A stretch of 49,718 nt of DNA, the filler included, from Ionaspis alba (Eukaryota), in the NCBI GenBank assembly GCA_964255285.1. It is 2 parts of 2 records of this genome, joined end to end, with 100 filler letters (N's around TTAATTAATTAA, not from the genome) between each part and the next. Parts side by side here need not be neighbours in the genome. Positions count along the whole stretch, not along the records: positions 1 to 24,813 come from CAXUUL010000166.1; positions 24,914 to 49,718 come from CAXUUL010000167.1. The stretch is one strand, 5' to 3'. The stretch's first letter is position 1. Each line of letters starts with the position of its first letter. Below the pieces are notes generated by a model. It worked only from the letters and a program-made list of their open reading frames with translations, was not told where the DNA came from and made no database searches. Position numbers and translations under genes: made by a program. This document shows, in pieces, positions 13,683 to 25,130 of the stretch.

Positions 13683-14411
13683 TCAAATGCGTGGGCCTTC
13701 GACAGCTTCCATAGGGGCTTCTTCACCCATGGCCTTCTGGACTTTGATGCCTGATTCGGTCAGACGAGCCACTCCTTGACCTTGGGATGAGAACACTCAC
13801 TGGCACTGCCCTGTCCATTGTCATAGAGCGCCCTAATCTTGTCCCCGAGCGGTGTTCCGTCAGGACACCTGATATCTGATCTGCTTTTGTTGTCGTCATC
13901 GATGAGTTCCATGAAACCTTCGTCGTCAATATAGCCCTATACCATCGTCAGCTCGAAGCTCATCTTCAGACACGGCGGGTTCTTACGAGTTGATAAGTCT
14001 GGTTAGTGACCAAGGCCACATCCATGTTATGAGTGGAGGGACACAATTCTTCCAATTTCTTGCCAGTAAACACGTCAAGAGCGACTAAATGAACCTTGGC
14101 GTGACCGTGCTTGCCAGTCTTCGAGGTGGACATGTCGACGATCTTGCAAGGACGGCCCTTGATCACGACGGTGTTGCCTTTCCGTAGCGCAGAGCACTGT
14201 CTAGGCTCCGTCATGGATGCACCAGCATCGGCGCGGTCGATCTCGTGCTCATGCTATCAAACAGCCTCTCGTCAGCTCTACTCCCATGCAGAGCGTCTTT
14301 CGACGAAGGAGCTGATGTCGAGTCAAGGAAATGAGGGGCGACAACGAACGCGTGGGAGCATGAGGGGCAGCAGGGCACAAAATGAGGACTTACCTGCGCA
14401 TCGTCGGCCAT
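13683..14411 (-). CDS. eIF5A: Translation factor eIF5A (hypusine-containing), divergent outside the hypusine loop
   Basis: Invariant [12 protein letters not shown] motif. Four exons give [19 protein letters not shown]...[16 protein letters not shown]...[25 protein letters not shown]. Confidence 0.95.
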
Positions 14412-14739
14412 AGTGAATGAGTGATCGCAAGGAAAGAGCGAGCGATAGTTTCGAGAAGGGTAGCACGACTTTGAGTACTCAAGAATAGAAGTGTCGATAA
14501 AAGCTGTAGAGGTGAGAAGAAGAAAGGATTTTGGAAGTTCCTGAGATAAAATGTGGAGGGGTAGGAACCGCGCTAGCCGGAAAGTCCTAACCAATCAGAA
14601 GTATTCAGCCGTAGGAAGCTACTTCACGGGAGATCTTCAATAACCCTTGTTGAAAGATGCCTGCCCAGCCAGAGCATGTGCTTTGGGAATACTCGAGAGC
14701 TACAGGCAGGATTGAGGCTCTACGTTGACCTATCCCAAT

Positions 14740-17001
14740 ATGTGGCTCGATCGACGTTCCAACCAGCCAACGCCATCCGGATCTCCGCCGTTGGCACCGA
14801 GCAGATCGTTCTCTCCAGCACCTCGACGTTCTACTCATCTTACACCTGGTCCATTGTCGAGGCCAGGATACAATTCTCGTTCCTCTTCCCTGTCTCTCAT
14901 CTCAAGAGCAAATACATCCACGAGCTCTTTGCCAGGAGGTCCACGAATAGCCAATGGGTCGACCTTGAAGCGGCAGATCACACCTCCACCAAACATCGAT
15001 GACCCTCTGGAGATCCTCGAGAACATCATTGGGAAATCTCTTGACGTGGACCGGAGATGGAGAGAAGCTGCCGCTGAAGACATCGCTCTCAGTAAGCCGG
15101 AGAGGCTGCTTGAGGACATTTCGTTCGATGGTGTCAGTCTTCAAGACTTTGCGAACATTGAAGCTCTTGGAGACGACCAAGAAAGCAGGACCGTGAGAGA
15201 GCATACAATACAGTTCACTGAGGAATGTGAGTACGTATACCTTTGAGAGAGGCTCCGCTGAGCATTACTGAACGCTACATTCAGTTGACAAGGATAAAGC
15301 AAAATTCGAGGACCTGCATCTCTCAATATTGGTATGTTCGAAAATTTTAGCTAATGTTTTATGGATTTTTTGACCTCTTTCTAGGCTTGTGACAGCGTAC
15401 TCCAATCCGTCGAGACCTCTTTGACCAGCTTCCAGAAAGACCTTGGACAGGTGTCGGCTGAGATTGAAACTCTTCAATCACGCTCCACGGTGCTAAGTAC
15501 GCGATTAGAGAATCGAAGAGTTGTAGAAAAGTTGCTTGGTCCTGCTGTTGAAGATGTTTGCATCTCTCCTGTTATTGTGACAGCCATATCAGAGGATCCC
15601 ATTGATGAGAATTGGTTGAGGTCTCTAGCCGAATTGGAAAAGCGAGTCAAATGGGTCAATACGAACACGAGTGGAGTCAACGACATTCAGGCGGTGAGCG
15701 ACGTCAAGCCGCTTTTAGACAACCTGACCAACAAGGTGAGATATGAAAAGCCCGCCTATTTTCTTTTACCTTCTTTCTGAACAATTTCGAAGGCTATCGA
15801 AAGAATTCGAGATTATCTCGTGGCTCAGATTAAGGGACTTCGATCACCAAGTATGAATGCCCAGGTCTTACAACAACAGAAGCTCCTCAAATACAAGGAT
15901 ATCTACGGCTTTCTTATGAGACATCATCCACAACTGGGCGAAGAGATTGGTCAAGCTTACATCAATACCATTCGGTGGTATTACTTGACCAATTTCACGC
16001 GCTACCGGGAAGCTCTAGACAAGCTGTCGATTTATCAGGTTGACAAGACCGACGTACTCGGCGGAGAGCAATCGGTCCAGAGAAGTGAGCAGCCCTTGTA
16101 GTAGATTTCATACGTCCTGCTGACTCGTCTAGCCGCTAAGGGGCCTGCCTCAAAACCAGTTGCCCATGATGTTTACAATATCGGCAGACGAATGGATATA
16201 CTTAGAACCGCGAACGCTACTGCAATTTCCTCTTATCTTGCTGAGGAGGACAGGTCAGCGCATCACATCGAAGTGCCGTTCCGGAATTTCAACATAGCCC
16301 TGATTGATAATGTCTCGGCGGAGTATTCTTTCCTCGCGGAATTCTTCAGCGGCAATCCGTTAGCTCAAATGTCCCGCCGATTCGCAGAGATTTTTGAGCC
16401 CACCTTTGCCCTTGGTCAGTCGCTTGTCAAAGATCTGGTCGAGTCTACGTACGATTGCTTTGGACTTTTACTCTGTGTCCGACTGAATCAGCGATCTGCG
16501 TTCGAGCTTCAAAGGAGAAAAGTGCCCGTCGCCGATAGCTATATCAATGGCACTAACATGCTGCTGTGGCCAAGATTTCAGCTTATTATGGATCTGCATT
16601 GTGAATCCATCAAACAATTGGGCGCAACAATATCTGGCCGTAATGCTGCCTCGAAGTTATCTTTTGCTGGCAATGCGACGGATGCATCGAAACAGTCCAC
16701 CGCTCCGCATTACCTGACGCAGAGATTCGGTCAATTTCTTTACGGAATCTTGGCTATAAGCTCTGAAGCGAGTGACGACGAGCCAGTGTCGACTAGTCTC
16801 GGAAGGCTGAGAGGAGAGTACGAGTCTTTCCTCAGCAAAGCAAGCAAAGGAGCAGGGACTGATGGGAAGAAGAGAGACAAATTTCTGGCAAACAACTATT
16901 CGCTTGTGCTCACTATTATTATGGACACGGTTGGAAAGCTAGCGCAGGAACAAAAGCAGCATTTTGAGGAGTTGAAGCGTGATATAGAAGCTCGGTATTA
17001 G
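14740..17001 (+). CDS. VPS52: GARP complex subunit Vps52/Sac2
   Basis: MWLDR N-terminus; LTSFQKDLGQVSAEIETLQSRS; AYINTIRWYY; FELQRRKVP; MLLWPRFQ; APHYLTQRFGQF; several GT-AG introns. Confidence 0.93.
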
Positions 17002-17674
17002 TGATTGAAGTTGTGTTGCATTCCATGGGCCATCGAGGTTGTTGTATCATTCGTTGATACCTCAATCAGATCGTTATTTGTTCACTCTCCTTGGCCTTAA
17101 TGGCCTCTGCGCTCTTTTCCCTAAACCTTGTACAGGTGAAGCTGGCAGCAGTGACCAAAGCCCTTTCCCTGCTTTCGCTGACCCTTGCATTATTTCAAGC
17201 CCCATGGCTTTTGGCAGTGATATCGTCATCCAGCAGCATCTTAGATCATGTGAGTGTTGGATTTCGCGCTCCACTGATCAATCATACCTCACTCGGCTCC
17301 TGCTCTGACGAGAAGGATATGGTGCAAAGACCCGTCTGATTACTGTCGGAATTCAAAACCGCGACTGAAATTTTACAGCTGTTAAATGCCGCGTTAGAAA
17401 AGCTTGAAAGCGTTGAGATAAACCTCCACCCCAGTGTTTGCGATGGCTCCGGATCTGAGTTGGAACCTATCAATGGGTTACAATGACGATCCTGAGCACG
17501 GAGAATGCAACAAAACCGGAATAACAGGGACGCACTATTGGATGCAGAGGTAGCTGAGGAAGCCAGAGTTGAACCTAACGTGAAAATCCTTATAATTAGT
17601 CTTCCTCCCCCGAAGGCTGCGCGAACAATACTATCTGGAAAGAACACGTCGAGAGCGCTGGTCGAACGACGACA

Positions 17675-18620
17675 ATGACAACCGCCCTTGGCAGTTCTGC
17701 CACTGTGCTCGACGCCTCACCAGAAGCAGCACGACACGTTCAAAGCCTCCAGCTACGAAATTTTCTGGCGTCACTTGTCACCTCGGCGGCCATATTTGCC
17801 ACAGAAGTCAGCGTATTTGTCCTCCTGAAGGGCAGACTCAAAAATCTAGTGAGTCCAGATCATCCTTCAAGCGCAAAGATACTGAGTCGGTGTGCCAGTC
17901 AATCTCGAACTCATCTCGAACCTGAGGGACAACGCACCATTCAACCTCCTTCAGGCACGATATCCTGGATCCCACGTATGTTCCAGCTTCCGGACAGGAT
18001 CATCTTACAACACCCTGGCTTAGACGCTTTCTTCTTCCTTCGATATATTCGCACTCTCCTCACGATATTCACCAGCCTATCGCTCGTCGTCATACCATGC
18101 CCTGTTCCTCTGAGCCTGCTCGGTAGCAATAATGCTGCTGGTGCAACCCACGGTCTCGACAGATTCGGTGGGGCGAATATCGGACTCGATCCCACGGCAT
18201 TCTAGCGGGCCCATTTGATGATGGTCTTGCTTGTGATCGTGTTCGTATGTTATACCATCTATGTGGAGCTGCTTTTCTACGTTCACCTCCGTAATGCTTA
18301 CCTGGCATTACCTGCGCATCGTCTCTTGAAGGCCGGTAACACGATTCTGGTGACCGATATTCCCGAGAAAGACCTGCCGGTATTGAAGGATGTGTACGGT
18401 ATATTCCCTGGTGGAGTCCATTCCGTCTGGATCAATCGAGATCTCTCGGCGCTGCCGAAGAAGGTTCAAGAGCGAAAAAGGCTCGTCGCTGTACTATAGG
18501 CCGCGGAGACCAGTTTTATCACATCGGCGACAGAATCTTTCCGTCAACACAATAGCCACAAACTTGCACAATCGAGGAGGGCGGTACTGAAAAGGAAGGA
18601 CCGTGTCGACAAGCGCTATC
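17675..18620 (+). pseudogene. Truncated, degenerate OSCA/CSC1 (DUF221, Rsn1/Phm7-like) channel gene
   Basis: Family motifs GLDAFFFLRYIR, GLDRFG.ANI, AHL, NTILVTDIP, GGVHSVWINRDL and L.AAET. In-frame TAG at 18203-18205 (F*RAH where FYWAH is expected) and at 18497-18499 (L*AAET). Splicing the 50-nt intron 17849-17898 shifts the frame. The C-terminal pore region is absent. Confidence 0.8.
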
Positions 18621-18929
18621 TGAAGGAGAAGGAGCGTGATCATAGGTATATTTGTGCAGCATACACAAATGCTTGGCCCGGGCTTAGCTGAATTACCATT
18701 TTTCAGAAAGTCCTTAATGATAGCGATACCGGTATAGCAGAAACGCGTGGGCAAGGACAGAAACGCGTGAACGCGGCCTTCGTCTAAAAAGAGCATTGAG
18801 ATAAATGCGCTAACATATCGCAGCTGCATCCATACCTCTTTTTCTTTCACGACTTGAGCCACATGCCAAGGACCAACAACAATAATCTAACAGCCAAACT
18901 CAGATCAACAAAGCATAACAGCCTCAGTC

Positions 18930-20327
18930 ATGGCATGCGCTGACCCCTTCCCCCAACTCGACGACCTGGGCTTTGCTTTGCAGCTTCAACGCGAAGAGAT
19001 CGAAGCTCAGCGCAAACTTCAATCCGGCAAATGGACCGAAGGTTGTCCTCCGGATTATGTATTGGCATTCGATGATTTCGAGGCCGAGCTCAAGAAGGCG
19101 ACTATTCTGGTCGGGGATCTGAAGTTCGCTCACAGTATTGCTAAAGCTGTCGATTCTGATGCTGTGGCCATTGAAGAATCAACGCTCGAGGAGACACAGT
19201 CTGTTCAAGATCGAGACTTCGCTCTAAGCTTGAATGAAGGCAAAAATCAGCCATCTCAGGATGTCACCGATTTGCCAGAGATGTCTCGCATCGGAGCGGA
19301 GTCGGTTGAATGGGACTATGTCCTACGAGCTACGGAAAGTTCGACTTTCAGCATCGAGTCCTGTAACACCGCTGCCGGCCCTTCCTCCCATTATGCTCAC
19401 CGCCAGAGAGCTGTCCTGGAGAAATTGCCCCAGCTCAAAGTCGAATGCATTGTCTGTGGACAGTCCATTCATCCTCATTCCACAGTGCGTTTGGTATGTG
19501 GTGATGTATATTGCAAGCCATGCCTCAAGGCCTTCTTCCTACGCGTTATCAAGGACGAAAGCCTTTTCCCACCAAAATGTCACCGCCAACCGATTGATAT
19601 CTCGACCATCGAAGCAGACTTCTCAGTCGAAGATTTGACTGCCTATCGAAGTGCTGAGCTGGAGTTTACCAGCACGGACAGAGTTTACTGCGCTGAACCG
19701 GAGTGCGCCAAGTTTATTCCCATGCTGCAGCGAACCCTGGATTGTGCTTACTGTGAGGCCTGTGGTGGTGAAACTTGTATGCACTGCAAAGCGCTAGCAC
19801 ATGATGGGGATTGTCCAGCAGATGGGGCAAGGCAGAGCCTTATTAATTTCGCGGATGAGCAAGGCTGGAAACCCTGTTTTGGATGCGGTGAAATGGTGTT
19901 TCGGTATGAGGGCTGTGACCACATGACGTGAGTGATACCTACTGCTACCCGTCGTGTAAGTAAAGCTGACCCAAATTACAGTTGTAGATGCAGCGCCGAG
20001 TTCTGCTACAGATGTGGTGTAAAGTGGAAGGAATGCCTATGTAGCGACTGGGCGCCGGAACTACTTGATCGAAGAGCTCAGCAGGTTGTTGACAGAGAGG
20101 CTCCATGGCCCTTGGAACCCGCTATTCGTCAACAGCGCGTTGTGGCTATGGCACGGGAGTTACAAACAAACCACGAGTGCGATCACAGTGGCAAGTTCAC
20201 TAAACTTGAAGGTTCGCGCAACGGCAAGGTCTGCGAGATATGTGGCACGAGACATCGCAAGTACATACTGTCTTGCAAACGTTGCCACATGCTGGCCTGC
20301 GAAGACTGTCGACGCCACAGACTGTAG
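18930..20327 (+). CDS. RBR (RING1-IBR-RING2) E3 ubiquitin ligase, fungal 'IBR finger' type
   Basis: RING1 CIVC...CGDVYCKPC...FPPKC; IBR RVYCAEPECAKFI...CEAC...TCMHCKALAH; RING2 CFGC...EGCDHMT|CRCSAEFCYRCG with the catalytic Cys; C-terminal Cys/His cluster; one intron at about 19928-19981. Confidence 0.9.
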
Positions 20328-20602
20328 ACCTTCGAGTCTGTTGATATCGAGAAAACGGCCCCATCAAATCAGGCGTCCTCCAGACAAAGCATTCTCCGCG
20401 TGATCTCTTCATGGCATTGAGGCCCGAAAGAGTGCTGTAAACGGTTATACAGCGGGCGAATTTGGGAACGAGAATGGGTGTTTGGACCGAAGTCTTTGGG
20501 CATCAAGAGTCATGCGTTATTGTAACGTCATAGGACAAAACAGGCCTTTTTCAATCTTTTCTTCATGAAGCCAATTGCAACTGGGCGGGTGAGCTCGTAC
20601 AG

Positions 20603-20702
20603 NNNNNNNNNNNNNNNNNNNNNNNNNNNNNNNNNNNNNNNNNNNNNNNNNNNNNNNNNNNNNNNNNNNNNNNNNNNNNNNNNNNNNNNNNNNNNNNNNN
20701 NN
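20603..20702. other. Assembly gap (100 N)
   Basis: Run of exactly 100 N. Confidence 0.99.
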
Positions 20703-20863
20703 TATATTATTTCGAAGCACCTGCACCGAAACATGGCGGGGTTTTGTATGCTCCTCCTAATTTGTTGCAGTGATACAGAGACGAAACAGGATGTTATTAT
20801 CAAAACCCACGCCAGATTTCCTCTTCCGTGAAAGTTATACGCCTAAGAGCTTGACAAAAAAAA

Positions 20864-21150
20864 TTAGTCCTTGAAAGACCAGGCTGAGAGCCATTTTGGT
20901 CGGTCCTCCTCAATTTCTGATAAGTGATCCAAGAATTGTTCCCGAACCTTATCCAATTTTTCTTTAAAAAGAGCGTAGTCTTCTGCCTTTGCCCATCCAA
21001 TGCCAACCTCTGTCGACTGTGCCGAGTGATTCCAAAACTGGGTCATCAGCTCCAGCCCTTGTATTCATTTCGCTTCCTCTGTTTCCTGAGCGAGAAAGTC
21101 TCCAAAAGTGAAACACAAAAGACAGGTTGGGCAAGCTCGCGCTCGAACCG
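20864..21150 (-). pseudogene. Probable relic of the C-terminus of an APH/Aim9-like phosphotransferase-family protein
   Basis: FLAQETEEAK*IQGLELMTQFWN...GWAKAEDYALFKEKLDKVREQFLDHLSEIEEDRPKWLSAWSFKD* resembles the 'GW...EDY...W...WPF.D' ending I recall for this fungal family. Internal stop; no kinase core visible upstream. Confidence 0.4.
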
Positions 21151-21484
21151 CAATTAGCTTCGTAGCTTAAGAGGCTTCTTTCAGCCCGTGGAACAAATGA
21201 CCGGATGAAAATGAGAGTAGTCGGTTATTCTTTCACCTCTTTCATGTCCTATTCAGCTCTCATTGCTCGTACATGTCCACATCAGCCGTCTTCAAGCTGC
21301 TGGACGGAGACGTGCTTGATCGACTTTGGCTCCATATTTGCATAGAACTGTAGCGAAATCGTCCGTGGTCCACGGATATTCATAAGCTTCTGGATCAGAA
21401 GTGAATATCCAGAAACCACTTCCCTGATGTTTACATGACACACAGCGTATGGAAAATCGTCCACTCCTATTCTCCGCCGATTCA

Positions 21485-24400
21485 TTAGATGTAAAACATC
21501 GTATTCCTCAAGTTAGGATGAATCAGCACGTCTTCCATCCTTGCCTCCGGATGTCCTCCATCGCCCAATACACTTTGCGCTGGAGTTCCCGAGGGCGTAA
21601 TAGCATCAAAAAGCCCACTGAGATAGCATCTGGCCCTCTCACATACAATATCTGCATAGTAAGCAGGCGGGCAAATGCTCACAGCTTTGGTGGCGCGACC
21701 GAAAAGATAGCACATGCTGTGTGTCAGATCTTCGAGCACGTCAGCGACGTTCTGGAAAGGAGCTGGAACTTTTCGCTTGGCAAAGATTTCGTCGAGCACG
21801 ATGTAGTAGTGGGCGGGCCGGGCGGTGCCTTGGAGCGCGGTATGGGCTTGCAAGAAGAAGTCCCAGTTGCGGGCCTCGGTGACGCCGCGGTCGACTACGG
21901 TGCCGTTTTTGGGATTGGCGGAGCGGTCGGCGTCGCTGGCAGTCGTAGGATAGAACCGGGTGTGGTGGCGCTTACCGACTATAATTATGGTGATGTGCGG
22001 GAGACCCTTCTTCGTGTCCGGAGGTGGATATAGCTCGGCGCAAGCCTTGCGTAAGAGCGGGAGCTCGGTGTCGATGACGGTTGCGTACTGGCCTTCGGAA
22101 ACGCCATCACGGTAGACAAGGAGGTTATCGGGGAAGACTTTGTGCTTTCCCTGCGTCTTCCAGAGTTGAAGACGGGATTTAAGCATGGAGTCGAGCTCAG
22201 ACACCATCTCTTTACGAGATTCCTGAATGCGAAGGTCCGCCGGCCATTGTCCAAGCCACTTGTCAACGCTGGCAACCATGCCGGCGACACTTGGTGCGTT
22301 CGATGCGGAGCCAGGAGAAGGGTGGGTCACGTCTATGCCGACGACCATAGTCTTGTCCTCGTTGATGATACCAAGTCTGGTGTTATCAATCAACTGATTG
22401 ATACCACCGAGCTTGAGATTGAACTTGAGAGCGACATTTGCAAAGTACTGGGGTTGAGACTTTGCAAATTTGGAGCCAACCACGCAGACTGTATGGACGC
22501 CAACCTTAACATCGCCAATGTGCTTGATTCGATTGTACAAGAGTGTGTTTGCCGTCGGTAGGATAATGAGCACAAGTCTGGTCTGCCTTGGATCACCGGC
22601 AACATTCTTGAGTGCGGTCTCAATTCGTGTGTCATCGGGAGTATTGATTACAATCCTCGATCCTGGGGTTGGTGCAACAGCCGTGATACCTATATCTTGG
22701 AGAGCTTTATGGAACTGAGCCACCGTAGATTGTAGGCTAGCTTGATCGAATGCATCCGGCAAGCCACCCATAGAAATCATCAAGTAGGACCAATTCCGCA
22801 ATGTTCCTCCAGTATTGAATTTTATATCTTGCATGTTCCAGCTTCCCCCTCGAACGAAAGGTGATTTATCTTGTTTGTATTTAACCTTTGGTTCTGTCAG
22901 GACACGGCCCGGGACTGTAATCAAACTCGCGGTCACCGATATACCGAAACGACCCTAGTTGAATCAGCCTGTCTCGAGCGATTGGCCATCACAGCCCTAG
23001 ACAAGGATCTTACCAGATTGACATTTGCTTGCGGTAAAAGGCCCGTAGTACGGACACCTTCTTGGGTTATGGAGTTTGCATTCTCCCAGGGTTTGCGGAC
23101 GGCGAATCGGATCATCTGCTGCGTTTGCGCGGGATCAAGCTTTGACTGTGAGTTCTGTCCGGGCATTACAATACAAACCTCGGCCGGGAGATAACTCGGA
23201 TTTTCCTTGTTCCCGACATTGACAACGGGCAGATTTGGGTTCGCAATCGACCGGCCGTGGACTACACATCTGGTTACAAGAGAGTAGAGCTGAGCAGTGA
23301 TGGAATAAATACCGCTTCTAAAGAACTCGTAGACGGTGATATACCTGCCGCCCTGAGGGGCATTTTGGCCTGGCTCCTGGCTAGGCTCGCCGCCCTTCTT
23401 ACCTTTGCCTTTTTTCTTTTTGCCTGGTGTCCCAGCGGCTTGACCTGTTGATGAACTTGACGGCGCGCCGGGAGAATCATTGAGGAAGAACTCTACATCC
23501 TTCGGTCCTGCACCAAAACTCTGCACGCGCGGTGGATGATCCAGGCCGTGACCGTCGTCTTTGTTTGCAAGCCCAAAGATAGTTTTAACTCTTGCAATAG
23601 ATTCGCCGGCTTTATTTTTCTTTTCCCCTAGGTGGATCACCCTAACTCGCACTCCCTTGAGGAAGGACTTCAGCTTTACCCGGTTGAATTGATGTGCCGA
23701 GCCATACTTCTGGATCAACTGATCTAACGGTATGGCATCGTAAAAGGCACCATGACTGACGTTGACGTTCACGAGGATGCGGCAGGTCGCGACTCGAACA
23801 CTTGAGAAAAACCCTCTAAGGGCGGTCAGACCGGCTCCAAGGTCCCATTTCGGAGAGTCTTGAGTCAGAGAGAAGCTTTTACTGCTCCCAACCGTGGCAA
23901 CTGCAGGAGAGGACTTAGCATGATGACCCAAAAATATATTGAGAGCTTGCAACACAGGTAGCTTGTTCGCATAAGCTGCGTTCATGTTGGTGGAAGTCAA
24001 ATAGTCTGTGAGCTCGGAGACGGTTAGGATTCCCGTTTCTTCGACACGTAGCTGATAAGTTTTTGCGTTCGCCCGTGGCTCATCCTCACCCTCCGCTCGG
24101 TACTGAATTGCCAGTTCGGCTGTGTCAGGGCTAAGCCTCCGCCGGGAGACAAGAGTAGACTTGAAATCAGTGACTATATCATCGCGAAATTCGCGATAGC
24201 CCGGGATTTCCAGTAATAGTTTGATGATCTGACTCAATTTTTTCCCTACTGCAGCAGGCTGTACGGCAACATTATAGCGATGGAGGAGGAGATCTGGGCT
24301 GGGAATCATTTCAAAATAATTCGCCCATAGTATCACCTTTTGCCCTCTAGTGCCGTACCCGGGCCGGCAAGGGAACTTCGTATCTATTTGAAGGCCCTCG

Positions 24401-24704
24401 AGGCCCAGTGACCCACTGGGAAAAAGGCTTTTCTGGGAGAGATCCTCGACTTTTGTGACTTGAGTGCTAGGAGGAGGAATGGAACGATCGGGAGTCCTAG
24501 TATGGCCGAGTTAGTCGGCACCTCTATTGATATTGGGAGGAGGATTGACGAGAAAACCTCCACCGCAGCCCCTTCACCTCGTCCTCCACCTCGCCCACCT
24601 CGAAACCCTGGACCGTCTCCTCCTCTACCTCTACCACCTCTTCCACGACTATCGAAACCACCGCGCCCGCCGCGGCCCCGGTTACCTCGATCTCGGCCTG
24701 ACAT
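21485..24704 (-). CDS. AGO: Argonaute (QDE-2-like; RGG-N-PAZ-MID-PIWI)
   Basis: RGG-rich N-terminus; RPGYGTRG..VILWANYF; LRGFFSSVRVAT; PVVNVG...YLPAEVC; NVALKFNLKLGGIN; GIDVTHP; YRDGVSEGQ; KRHHTRFYP; GTARPAHY; PAYYADIVCERAR. Introns at 24549-24498, 23312-23262 and about 23013-22955. Confidence 0.97.
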
Positions 24705-24813
24705 TCCAGTGTAAGTTTCAGATCAGAAGTCTAGTATTGAGGAAACTGTGAGGGTTGACGGAGAGTAACATCACAATTAGGCTCTAATTTGCGTGAGGGG
24801 AAGATGAGTCAAA

Positions 24814-24913
24814 NNNNNNNNNNNNNNNNNNNNNNNNNNNNNNNNNNNNNNNNNNNNTTAATTAATTAANNNNNNNNNNNNNNNNNNNNNNNNNNNNNNN
24901 NNNNNNNNNNNNN
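24814..24913. other. Assembly gap containing the artificial six-frame-stop linker TTAATTAATTAA
   Basis: N44-TTAATTAATTAA (24858-24869)-N44, 100 nt in total. Confidence 0.95.
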
Positions 24914-24976
24914 CCTCCCAGATCCCCCATTCCCAACTCCCCGGTTCCTCCCCCAAGTTCCTCCCAACCACCAACC

Positions 24977-25130
24977 CGCTGAAAATGCAAGAAATCCAAA
25001 CCCTCTCGCTCCCTCCGCCCCAATACCTCGCTGAAGTGCAAGAAATCCAAACCCTCTCGCTCCCTCCGCCCCAAAACCTCGCTGAAATGCAAGAAATCCA
25101 AACCCGTTCGCTTCCTCCTCCCCGATTCCT
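24977..25130. repeat. Minisatellite: three tandem 51-52 bp units
   Basis: Units begin at 24977, 25029 and 25080, consensus about CGCTGAAATGCAAGAAATCCAAACCCTCTCGCTCCCTCCGCCCCAAWACCT; the third unit is more diverged. Confidence 0.92.

Noticed and set aside
13683..14411. HEX-1 (Woronin body protein) assignment for the divergent eIF5A
   Set aside because: The hypusine motif [12 protein letters not shown] is intact and the C-terminus is PRI, not a canonical PTS1 such as SRL.
21650..21665. Asp instead of His at the last Argonaute catalytic position as a sign of inactivation
   Set aside because: DEDD is an accepted catalytic tetrad and is typical of QDE-2-like fungal Argonautes.
21449..23194. Antisense ORFs over Argonaute (and similar ones over SMC1, BRR2 and the ThtA-like gene)
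   Set aside because: Shadow frames of long coding sequences with no recognisable motifs.
24977..25130. CRISPR-like array or RiPP precursor
   Set aside because: The units are contiguous tandem repeats with no unique spacers, the host is eukaryotic, and there is no signal peptide or Kex2 site.
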